The notes below the pieces were generated by a model. It was given only the letters and a program-made list of their open reading frames with translations. It did no database searches and was not told the DNA's origin. From IMG/VR virus record IMGVR_UViG_3300028607_000629, positions 1 through 29,592 of that record: 29,592 nucleotides of DNA. One strand, 5' to 3'. The position numbers were made by a program, and so were the translations under genes. The first letter of the stretch is position 1. Each line of letters starts with the position of its first letter. Source of the stretch: a virus (lineage: Duplodnaviria; Caudoviricetes). This document shows positions 17,225 through 28,700 of the stretch, in pieces.

Positions 17225-17586
17225 TTGTTGATGCAGGTAGAAAACAGATTGCCAAGTTAATAACCGGCATTCAATTAAATAATGGAGGAATTGCATTTAA
17301 GTATGTTAGAGTGGGAGATGGAGGAGATAGCACTTCAATGTCTCAAACTACACTAGATAGTCAAGTTAGTGATACTAAAACTGTAGCCCCAATATTGGTG
17401 GGAAATACCTTAGTGTATGAAATAGAATTTTTAGGGAGCGATTTAACTTCCAATGTTATTTCAGAGTTAGGTATCTTTGATGCAGCATCTGGAGGTAATA
17501 TGTTATGCAGAGTAAATTTCAATCCAATAGGGCCGCTATCAGCAAGTGAAACATTGACCTTCAATTTTAGAGTGGAGATAGAGTAA
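17221..17586 (+). CDS. Tail-collar / fibre-attachment domain protein (DUF3751-like)
   Basis: DAGRKQIAKLITG...YVRVGDGG...QTTLDSQV...ISELGIFDAASGGNMLCR resembles the N-terminal domain of P2 gpH-type fibres; GGAG RBS at 17209-17212. Confidence 0.7.
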   Translation: MIVDAGRKQIAKLITGIQLNNGGIAFKYVRVGDGGDSTSMSQTTLDSQVSDTKTVAPILVGNTLVYEIEFLGSDLTSNVISELGIFDAASGGNMLCRVNFNPIGPLSASETLTFNFRVEIE

Positions 17587-19784
17587 TGGCGTATCAAACT
17601 AATACTGGCTTTATAAGTGATTTAGTCACTACTACTCATGGTCACCTACAAGATGGTGCTAACCATGTTATACATACAGGTATAATAAAGGCATTGAATG
17701 TTGCTAATGCAGGTTCATTCATAGCACATGGTATGAATATAGATTCGTTATCAACTGGTAAATTCAATATTAGTGCTGGTGGCTTCTTTAGGAATGGAGA
17801 ATATATTGAATTTAGTGAAGCAACTAATGCTACTCCCCCTTCTAGTGGTGCTACTGATTGGGAAGGAGATTCTGGTTATGATTGGTATGGTTTAATTTGT
17901 ATAGATACAAGTAATAATGTTGTATTTAGAAAGCCTTCTGGAACTCTTGGTGCAATAAAAGTAGCAGACCCTACATCGGGAGATATACCATTAGCCGTTG
18001 TTCAAGTATTAAAGGATAGTGATTATGCTGTAACAAGAAAATTCCAATTCTTAGGAATTAAAAAGACAAGTGCTGCTTTAGTTGCTGGAGATGAGAATAG
18101 TGGTTCATTCAGAAAAAGGTTTGAAGTAGAAACTGGCGGTGCAATCAAAACATATAATACGACAAATGCCTATTGGACTAAACTGGGCTTTGTTGTTCCC
18201 ACAGCAAATAGAACAATTAATTTCCCAAATATATCTGGAACGGTTATTACACATAACGATACAGGAACTGTTACATCAACAATGACAAATAATACTATTC
18301 AAAACGCATTAACATTTGGAATAGGAAATCAAAATGCTGTTCTTGTAGATGATGCTGATGCCGCAAATAATGACTATGCTAAGTTTACTGCTAGTGGATT
18401 AGAAGGAAGAAGTTATGCCGAAGTTAAATCAGATTTAGGTTTAACTGATTTTGATAATGATGATGGTGGCTTAGTTCCTAGCCCTGCTAGTTCAGGAACA
18501 ACAGTTAAATTCCTAAGAGAAGACGCCACTTGGGTTATTCCGACAGATACAGTTTATACTCATCCATCAGGTGATGGAAATCTTCATGTTATAGCAACAA
18601 GCACAAGTAATAATGGTAAAGTTCTAACAGCAGGTTCAACTGCTGGAAGTTTATCATGGACTGATAAAACAGTAGATACAAATACTGAATATTCAATAGG
18701 AGATGGCGGGTTAACTCAGAAGAACTTCACGACCACACTAAAGAATAAGTTGGATGGTATTACTGCTGGTGCAGGTGTTCCAAGAACAGACTCAGAAATC
18801 AATACTCTAGCACAGGCTAAAGTAGATGCTTTAATTGATGGTGCGCCCGGAGCATTAAATACATTGAATGAGATTGCTGCTGCATTCAATGATGATGCGG
18901 CATTCAATACAACCATAACAAACGCAATAGCATTAAAAGCACCATTAGCCTCTCCTACCTTTACAGGAACCGTAGTTGGTATTTCAAAGGCTATGGTAGG
19001 GTTAACAGATGTAGATGACTTAAGTGCCGCAGACATTAGAGCAGGCACAACTGCGGCTAATGTTGGATTAGGTGATGTTTCAAACATAACAACTGCGGCT
19101 ATGAGAGCAGGAGTTACTGCGGCCAATGTCGGGTTAGAGAATGTTACCAATGAATCAAAGGCAACAATGTTTGCTAATCCTACATTTACAGGAGAAATAG
19201 GGATAGGCGATGTTAATGTAAGTGAAACAGAACTTGGTCTTCTTGAAGGAGCAACATCATTAGGGGCAGGTTCTTTAGCATCATTGGGTATTACTGCTAC
19301 TGCGGCGGAGATAAACATATTAGATGGTGTTGCATCTGGTCTTACTGCGGCTGAGATAAGCATACTAGATGGTGGTTTGGCCGCAGGTGATATACCAACA
19401 TTAGCCAAGTCGAAAATTTCAACAACAGGAACATGGGTTACGGCAGATATACCTAATCTTGCGACTAGTAAGATAACAAGTGGAACATTTGCTGATGCAA
19501 GAATAGCAACGGCGGCCACATGGAATGCTAAACAAGATGCTCTCACTTTCGCAACAGGTTTAGCCGATTCAAGTAATACCATTTCTTTAGATTTCAATTC
19601 CTTAACTGATTTAGGAACAGGGACAGTAATCGATAATGATTACATTCCTGTATATTCTGCTTCAGGAACAGCATATAAACAGCAGAAGATTTCATGGGTA
19701 AAATCACTTCGGCTCAAGTTACTGGTTCTGGTAAGATTTGGGCTACTTTGCCTGCTAGTGCCGCTACTGTTGGAGGAAGATTAG
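17586..19784 (+). CDS. Giant tail fibre/adhesin, N-terminal part (genuine frame ends ~19680-19695)
   Basis: T/A/G/S-rich, with the classic fibre motif [22 protein letters not shown]...[11 protein letters not shown]. The last ~30 aa look out of frame. Confidence 0.8.
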   Translation: MAYQTNTGFISDLVTTTHGHLQDGANHVIHTGIIKALNVANAGSFIAHGMNIDSLSTGKFNISAGGFFRNGEYIEFSEATNATPPSSGATDWEGDSGYDWYGLICIDTSNNVVFRKPSGTLGAIKVADPTSGDIPLAVVQVLKDSDYAVTRKFQFLGIKKTSAALVAGDENSGSFRKRFEVETGGAIKTYNTTNAYWTKLGFVVPTANRTINFPNISGTVITHNDTGTVTSTMTNNTIQNALTFGIGNQNAVLVDDADAANNDYAKFTASGLEGRSYAEVKSDLGLTDFDNDDGGLVPSPASSGTTVKFLREDATWVIPTDTVYTHPSGDGNLHVIATSTSNNGKVLTAGSTAGSLSWTDKTVDTNTEYSIGDGGLTQKNFTTTLKNKLDGITAGAGVPRTDSEINTLAQAKVDALIDGAPGALNTLNEIAAAFNDDAAFNTTITNAIALKAPLASPTFTGTVVGISKAMVGLTDVDDLSAADIRAGTTAANVGLGDVSNITTAAMRAGVTAANVGLENVTNESKATMFANPTFTGEIGIGDVNVSETELGLLEGATSLGAGSLASLGITATAAEINILDGVASGLTAAEISILDGGLAAGDIPTLAKSKISTTGTWVTADIPNLATSKITSGTFADARIATAATWNAKQDALTFATGLADSSNTISLDFNSLTDLGTGTVIDNDYIPVYSASGTAYKQQKISWVKSLRLKLLVLVRFGLLCLLVPLLLEED
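18993..19190 (+). repeat. 3 x 66-nt (22-aa) tandem repeat 'NVGL..V...T.A.MRAG.TAA'; related copy at ~20125-20270
   Basis: Units start at 18993, 19059 and 19125; both clusters end in SKATMFA(N/S)PTFTG. Confidence 0.8.
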
Positions 19785-22700
19785 GTTCGGGTGGAACAGG
19801 AAATATATACCTAGAAAATGGTTCTACTAAAGCAACCAATGCAACCATATTAAATGCAAATACTACATGGTCTAATGTATCTGGAACTACTGATGCACCT
19901 GCTGATAATGCTACTGTTGGTGCTATATGGGGAACCAACATAGCAGGAACAATCTCTGTAACAAATGCACAATTAGCAGGTAGTATTGCTGATGGTAAAA
20001 TCTCTTCTTCTGCGGCATGGATTAAGAGAAGCGGCACAATTGGAACCAATGATGTTCCAAAGTTTAATGCTAGTGGTGAATTAGTAGGGAGAAGTTATAC
20101 GGAACTAAAAGGAGATTTAGACTTAGATAATATATCTAATATAACTACTACTGCTATGCGAGCAGGTGTAACTCATTCTGATGTAGGCACTACTGCAACT
20201 AATGTAGGGTTGGGTAATGTAACTAATCAAAGTAAAGCAACAATGTTTGCTTCTCCTACCTTTACAGGAACTATTACTATTCCAAGTGGAGAAAGCACCC
20301 AAAATCTAGAAACTATTGTTAATGCTAATACGGCTAAGGTGGGTTATACAGAAGCATTAGTTTCGGCTAATACTAATGTTGCTGCCAATACACTTAAGGT
20401 ATCTGATATAAACCATAATACAGATGTAAGTGTTTCAGCAGCAAATCTAAAGGCAGGATTACAGAGTGGATTTGCTGGTAATGCCGTCAGAATTGGTGAT
20501 ACTACTAATGATATAGTTACAATCCCTAGACTAGTATCAACCACTCTTAATGGAGAAACTATAGGTTCTACTCCCGTATTTACTGATACTACCTATGTAT
20601 CAAGTAATTTTACTCATAACAGTCTAAGTGGAGTTAGTGCAGCAGAACACTATAATTGGGTAAATAATATTTCTAGCACTACCATTCATGCTAGTAATGT
20701 GCCAGATTTATCAGCAACATATCAATCCTTAGATGCAGACTTAACTGCCTTAGCAGGGCTTAATGCAACAGCAGGGCTACTAAAGAAAACTGGGGCTAAT
20801 GCTTATTCTAGAATTACTTCAACTACTGTGGGAGAAGGATTGATTACATTAACAAATCCAGGTGCAGTTAGATTCATTAGAACGAATGCTGATAATACAG
20901 TTTCAGCATTAACTGATGCTCAATTTAGAACTGCTATTGGTGCTTCCGGTCAGGGGTCATCAAACTTTGTAATTGGTGATATAACAGGACAAGATGCAAT
21001 AGGTACACTTGCCTCCGCAGATAAATTTGTGATTAGTGATGATGGTTCTCCAAGTGTGCTAAAGAAAATGAGTGTTACTCAATTAACAAGTTATCTTAAC
21101 AGCGCATCTATATTAACAAATCTTGCAAATACAGATACAGTCTATGCTCTTACCAATGATTTAGCAGCATCAGAAATAACAGCAATACAAAACATTGGTG
21201 CTGAAACAATTACAGCAACCCAATGGGGTTATCTTGGTGCGGCTACTGGTGCAATTACTAATACAGATACTCAATTAACAGAAACTCAAATCAATGCTAT
21301 GACCATTGATGCCGCTACGGTTACTGATTTTACTGTAGGTGTTAATGTTCCAGCCAATGCTGCATTTACTGATACAAATACACAATTATCAGATTCTCAA
21401 GTAAATGCCGCACTTGATAATACTTGGGCTACAAAGGCTTATGCTGATGCAATCAAGCAGGGCTTAGATATTAAAGACTCAGTAAGAATGGCTACCACAG
21501 CCGCATTAACAGCAACTTATAATAATAGTGCTGGAACTCTAACAGCAGGTAGTAATGGGGCATTTACTACTGATGCTGGAATATCAACTATTATTGCTAC
21601 CAATAGAGTTCTAGTTAAAAACCAAGCAGATGCTAAACAAAATGGAATATATTCTATTACCACTCTAGGAGATGGTTCTACTGCTTGGGTCTTAACTAGG
21701 ACTACTGATGCAGATACAATAGCCAAGATTAATTCAGGTATGTTTGTGTGGATTGAAGAAGGAACAACCAATGGTAATCAAGGCTATGTTCTTACAACTG
21801 AACCAACTACATTAGGAACTAGCCTTTTGTCCTTTACTCAATTCTCAGGACTAGGACAGATAACTGTTGGAACAGGACTAATTAAGACAGCAAATGAAGT
21901 AACACTAGATGCTGATTTAGTGGCCCTTTCTGCTATTAATATGGGTGCTAGTCAAACTAGGTTCCTTAAGTTAACAACCAATGGAAGTAGTTTGCTTACT
22001 GCTACTCCTAGAACTAATAGTGAAATGTTATCAGATTTAGGAGCGCAAGCATCAGGTAGTTATCTAACTTCCTATACTGAAACTAATGATTTATCAAGTG
22101 CTGTAACATGGCCTTCTGTTCCATCAACGCCAGTTTCAGGAATAACAACTAAATTCGTAAATTTGGTAACTGCTGCTAATGGCACAACCACTTTCACTTT
22201 AGTTGATAATCCCGATACAGATACTCAATTAAATAATGCAGGTGTTATTGGTAAAGTATTAACAGGCTTAAATGTATCAAGTGGGAGTGATATTGCAGCA
22301 TCAGACACAATACTAGCCGCATTTGGTAAAATGGAAAATAGAGTAAGATTAAATGATGATAAGGTAAGTGATGTAAACCACCAATTAACCAATGCGGGTG
22401 TTATTGGTAAAGTATTAACAGGATTGGATGTAACAGGGACTACATCTGATATTGCAGCAACAGATTCAATATTACTAGCATTCGGTAAGATGGAAAAAAG
22501 AATAAGGTTGAATGATGATAAGGTAACTAATACAGATACGCAACTAACAGCATCGGAAATCAATGCTATGACGATTAACTCAAATACTGTTAATTCCTTA
22601 ACTGTTCAAACAGCAGTTCCAACAAGCGCAGTATTTACAGATACTAATGATGATGTTTCTGTGGCTAATCTAAAGGATAGACTTAATGATGATTTTGGTG

Positions 22701-25700
22701 GAGCAGTTCAAATAGGAGATGCCAACGATGCAGTTACTATACCTAAGTTGTTAGCAACAACACTCAATGGGGCAACAGTCCCTTCTTCTGGTGCTGTCTT
22801 TACTGATACTCAGAGAGCAATTAGTAGTTCACCAACAGAAAATGCCTCAACAACATCAATAAGTTCTGATTGGGCTTTTGTTAATGTAAAATCGGTTGTT
22901 CCATCTACTGCTATATTCACTGATTTTGTTTCAGCACCAAATGGTTCAACTGCTGGAACAAGAGGTTTAGTCCCTGCTCCACCTGCTAATACCTATGGCA
23001 CTGTAAAGTTCCTTCATCAAGATGGGACTTGGACAGTTCCAATAGATACTCTACCTAGTGCTACTAATGTAGCAACAGCATTATCCAATGTAGGAGATGT
23101 TACACTAACTCTTGGTGATGAAGATACAGCAGTAAGTATTCCCGGTGATTTATCAGTTCTTGGAACAACCACAACTGTAGATATTGAAGTGGTTAGCACA
23201 AGTGATGGTGTAATATTTGAAGGAACAACTGTTGATGCACATGAAACATTCTTGAAGGGAGGAAACCCAAGTGGTGATATTAATATTACATTACCAACGA
23301 CAGGAGGAACAGTAGGATTACTTTCACAGATAGCATATACTTCTGCTATCTCCGAGGGTAATTCTGGATTGATTCCTAGTGGTGGAGTGGCAACAGGTAA
23401 TATTGCTGATGCTGCTGTAACACTAGCAAAGACGGCTAATATTGCTAGTGGAACCATTGTTGGTAGAACTGCCTCAAATGCTGGTGTTGCATCTGCTATA
23501 TCTGCACCGATGATAGGAGTTATTACTGCCGCTAATATTGCTGCGGTTCAAACCCTATTAAGTGTAGAAAGCGATGCTGATGTAACAGATACAGCAAATG
23601 TAACAAGTGCTGGCGCGTTAATGGATAGCGAATTAACAGCAATTACCCATGTTAAAGCATTAGACCAATCAGTTGTTAGTGGAGCAACCCCTACATTTAC
23701 AGGAACCAATTTTAGTGGCACAGCAGCATCACTCACAGTAGGGGCCACAACAGGTGTTGAGGCTGGTGCTGATGTTACAGACAAGGCAAATGTAAAGTCA
23801 GCATTAGCATTACTTGATGATAATGATACTCTTAATATTGGAACAGGAGCCGCAGGGGAAGGCACTACTGTAAATATTAAGGGCGCATTACATATTGGTG
23901 GGGCAACATATGATTTAACTATTGCTGACCCATTAATAGTCATAGGGTCTACTAATGCAGGAACTACTTCCTCTAGTGCTATTGATTCAGGTATTGAAAT
24001 AGAACGAGGGAAAGCACCTATTGGTGGTGCTGATTTACCACACGCAGTTCTTAAATACAATCATACTGCTGCTAGATGGCAATTTACTAATGATGGAAGC
24101 ACTTACTATTCCATACCAGTTTCATCTGAATATGGTAGTGGAATGACTGGTTCAGTTAGTGTTGCTGGTTCTGGGAATGTTCCCGAAACATCAGACTTTG
24201 CTAGATTTACTGGCGCAACCACCTTAGAAGGATTAACTCCTGCCCAAGTAAAGTCCATATTAGATTTGGAAATTGGAACTGATATTCAAGCCTATGATGC
24301 TGGTCTAACAGATATAGCAGGTATATCACAAAGTAATGGTAAATTCCTAGTAAGCGATGGAACTAATTGGGTTGCTGAATCTGGCTCAACAGCAAGGACT
24401 TCATTAGGTTTGGGAACAAGTAATAGTGCTACATTCAATGGATTAACTCTAACTAGTCTTCTTGCATTAGGCGCAAACAATATTAGATTAAATGATGGTA
24501 AAGGAATAATAGATTCTAATAATAATGAACTGTTATTATTCGACGGAGCAACAAACGCGGTAAATTATATACAAATCCAAAATAACATTAGCGGTGTTCT
24601 CCCACTAATCAATGCCGTAGGTAGTGATAATAATATAGACTTAGGATTAAGGTCAAAGGGAACAGGATATGTTCATATTCTAGCAGGTGACTTTAAGTTA
24701 GGCAATACTCCTATTACTGCAACAGGAGCAGAACTCAACATCTTGGATGGAGTAACGGCTACTGCCACAGAACTCAACATTATAGATGGAGTTACAGCAA
24801 CTACAACTGAACTTAATTATGTAGATGGAGTAACTTCTGCTATTCAAACACAGATAGATACTAAGGCCACTACTGATGCAGCCGCATCATTTACTGATTT
24901 AGTTTTAAGCGGAAATTTAACTGTTAGTGGGGCAACCACTACAGTTGATACTGCTACCTTAGTTGTTGAAGACCCATTAATTAAACTAGCAAAGGGTAAT
25001 GCTGCTGATGTTGTAGATGTTGGACTATATGCTCAATATACTGAATTATCTACTACTAAGTATGCTGGTATTATACGCGATGGTTCCGGGTTATCTAATC
25101 CCTGGATTTTCTTTGATAAATTAACTGCTGAACCCACAACTACAGTTAATCTGGACCATTCATCTTTTGATTATGCTGATATAAAAGCAGGTTTGATTAC
25201 ATCGGTAGATGGATTTATAGGTGATGGTTCAATGATAACTGATATTGATGCAACAAATATTGATATGAGTGAAGTTTCTTCGGAATTACAAGATTGGTGG
25301 GATGAAGCATTCGGTTCTAGTGGAACTCCAGGTGGTCTTAGAACAGAATTAGGCATAACAGATGCAAATTATAAAAATACCAGCACTACTGCATCAAATG
25401 TTGGATTAGGTTCTGTTTTAGACCAAGCACAGGTAACTACCTTTAGGCAGCCCGGTCCTCCAACCGCAACAGCAATAGGTGATTTGTGGATAGATACAGA
25501 TGCCGGTAATATTCTGTATAGAGCATCAGCAACAGGTAATAGTAATTGGGTTGCTTCTGGTGGTGGAACTGGGGCTACTGGTTCTTCTGGTGCTGATGGT
25601 GCGGCAGGTGCAGATGGTGAAGATGGAGCCGCAGGAGCAACAGGAGCCGTAGGAGCCACAGGTGCAACAGGGGCGGCAGGGCCAAGTAATGCTTTAACTA

Positions 25701-28700
25701 CTATTGCCGCTACTGCTGATTCTACTTATTATCCTTCATTAGTGCCATCAGCGGTAGCAACAAGTCAAGTTCCATATACTGATGCGGGACTTTCTTATAA
25801 CCCTTCTACAAATGTATTAACTGCGGGTGGATTTACTACCACAGGAACTTGGAAATTTGATACTTCTGCTGGTGGAACTACTGGAATTACTCAAGTGAAT
25901 GTTGGAACTACATTTACAGACAGCGATACAACTTTAATGTCGGCAGGTGCTATTAAAGAGAAAATAGAAAATTATGGATTTGGAATAGGTACTGGGGATA
26001 TGACGGGGGTTGATATAACCGCTGGAGCAGGTATATCAATAAGTCAATCAAATATTTCTGCCGGAGATTATTCTGCAACCATTACAAATAGCGCACCCAA
26101 CGCTACACATACAGGTGATGTAACAGGTACAACTGCGTTAACCATTGCGGCTGATGCTGTTACTTATGCTAAGATGCAAAATGTTGCTAATGACGAAAGA
26201 ATACTTGGTAGAGTTTCAGGAGCAAATGGTGTAATTGAAGAATTAACACAAGCACAAATATTAACATTCTTAGGTAATTCTGAAGCAGGTGCTACTGCTG
26301 ACCAAACTGCTACTGAAATAGCAAACCTAGCAGTAACAGGATATTCAACCGCTAGTTCAGTAAGCAGCGTAGTTGCCGCAGATAAGATTAGGGAAGCATT
26401 TGGAAAATTAGAGTATAGAGTGAATATCAATGATGCTAAAGTAACTGATGCAAATCACAATACAGATATAAATGTAAATACTTCTAATCTAATAACTAGA
26501 TTAGGACAAGTATCTAGTGCTGTATCTATTGGTGATGCATCAGATGTTGTGGTAACAATCCCAGGTTCATTGGTTGTTACTGGAACAACAACAACTGCTA
26601 ATGTTGAAACAACAACTGTTAGTAATGGTGTATTATTTGAAAGTAATGCAACAGGCGCACACACAGATAAAGAAACAAAATTAATTGGTGTGACAGGATT
26701 AACAGGTGATGTAACAATTACATTACCTAGTGCAACAGGAACATTAGCAAGGACAGCCGATGTAGCATATTCTTCTGCAATTGATACGGGTAATTCTGGA
26801 TTAGTTCCTTCTGCTGGAACAAGTGGACATTTCCTAAAGCATGACGGAACATTTGGCATACCTGCCTATACCACTAATACAAACACACAATTATCAACGG
26901 CTGATGTTAGAGGTAAATTTAGTGCAGGTACTAATGTAGCAATATCTGCTGGTGTAATTAGTTCAACAGATACTAATACTCAGAACAGCGCATCAACAAT
27001 AAGAACTTTAGTAGGAACTGGAAATGGTAATTTAGTACCCTCAGTTGGAACTTCCGGTCACTTCCTAAAGCATGACGGAACATTTGGTCTACCGGCTTAT
27101 ACAACCAATACTAATACAAATCAACTAACTACTTTTGATATGACTGATTCAGAAGGCACTCCTAATACTACTACTATAAGTCAAGGAGAAACTATTACTT
27201 TTGTTGGCACAGGAGCAACAGGAGTAACTCTTGAAGGAACAGATAATAGAACAGTTACTATAACATCAACTGATAATAATAATCAATATACAGGTGGAAC
27301 TAACTTAACTCTAAGTGGAAGCGCATTTAATGTAGATGATGCATTCCTAAAGAATGATGCTAATGATACTACTACAGGAACAATTACTGCGGGTGGATTT
27401 ACAACAGCAGGGTCAATAACTCTCGGTAGTCATGCATTTGACGATATTGATATTGGTTCTGAGTTCGTTGATACTGACGAACATTTGATGTCTTCAGGTG
27501 CTATTAAAGAATATATTGATTCACGAAACTTCGGGTCTGGTTCTGGTGATATAGAAGGAGTTGTTGCTGGAAGTGGTTTAACTGGTGGTGCGGCAAGTGG
27601 AACTGCTACTCTAGATGTAATTGGTGGAACTGGAATAACCGTAAATGCAAATGATATTGCGATATCAAGTGGAGCAGCATTAACTAACTTAGGTGGAGGT
27701 AGTGGTAGCACTTACTTAAAGAAAGATGGAACTTGGGCTAACCCCGATACAGATACTAACACTCAAAATATATTTACATCATCATGGGTTGATTCATCTG
27801 CTGATGCTCTTCTAAGATTAACAAAGAGTGGTGCATCATCTGGAACACAAGATATTAAATTTGTAGCGGGTAGTAATGTAACACTAACCCCTAGTGGAAC
27901 AAATTTAACAATTACTTCTACAGATACAGTCTATACTCATCCAACATCTGCTGGTAATAAACATATTCCAACAGGAGGAAGTTCAGGTGCGTTCTTAAAA
28001 TATGATTCAAGTGGAACTGCTGTATGGGCTACACCTAGTTACACAACAAACACAGATACTCAATTAACAAATGCACAGGTAATAGCCAAAGTATTAACAG
28101 GATTAAGCACATCAACAGGTGGGGCAGTAGCCGCAACAGATACTCTATTAGTAGGTATGGGTAAATTAGAAAAAAGAGTTGCATTAAATGATGCTAAAGT
28201 AACTGATGTAAATCATAATACTGATATTAATGTAAATGTGGCAAACTTAGAAGCAAGGCTACCTCAAATTGATACTGCTACTACTATTGGTAATGGTGTA
28301 ACAATAACTACTGGTGGTGACTTAACAGTAACAGGTGACTTATTAGTTTCCGGTGATACTGTAACTATGGACACAGCAACGATGAATGTTGAAGACCCAT
28401 TAATCTCTATGGCTAGTGGAAACACAGCAGATTCATTAGATGTTGGTTTCTATGCAAAGTATGTTAGTAGTGGAACAAAATACGCTGGACTCTTTAGAGA
28501 CTCAAGCGATTCAGATAAATGGAAACTGTTTGCCACTACGGGTAATTCTCATGCTGTTCCTACAACTACAGTTAATACTACTAGTGGGTTCACTCTTGGA
28601 ACATTAGTAGCAGATACCTTTGAAGGTGCTTTAACAGGTAATGCCGCTACCTCTACTAAGATTGCTAGTATTACAAATAGCAACATTGTGCAATTAACTA

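Noticed and set aside
1222-17597. Short minus-strand and nested alternative-frame ORFs in the structural genes
   Set aside because: They lie within or across longer coherent + strand genes and have no supporting signals.
19674-19700. Programmed frameshift in the fibre gene (likewise at ~12870, ~16325, ~17160)
   Set aside because: No X XXY YYZ heptamer in frame; short-run indels or deletions explain them, and several in 7 kb suggest sequencing or assembly error. True pseudogenisation cannot be excluded without reads.
22226-27130. Repeats as a CRISPR array or as a diversity-generating retroelement TR/VR pair
   Set aside because: Repeats are in-frame coding units without a regular repeat-spacer array. 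Differences between copies are not restricted to adenines, and no reverse transcriptase or cas gene is in the window.
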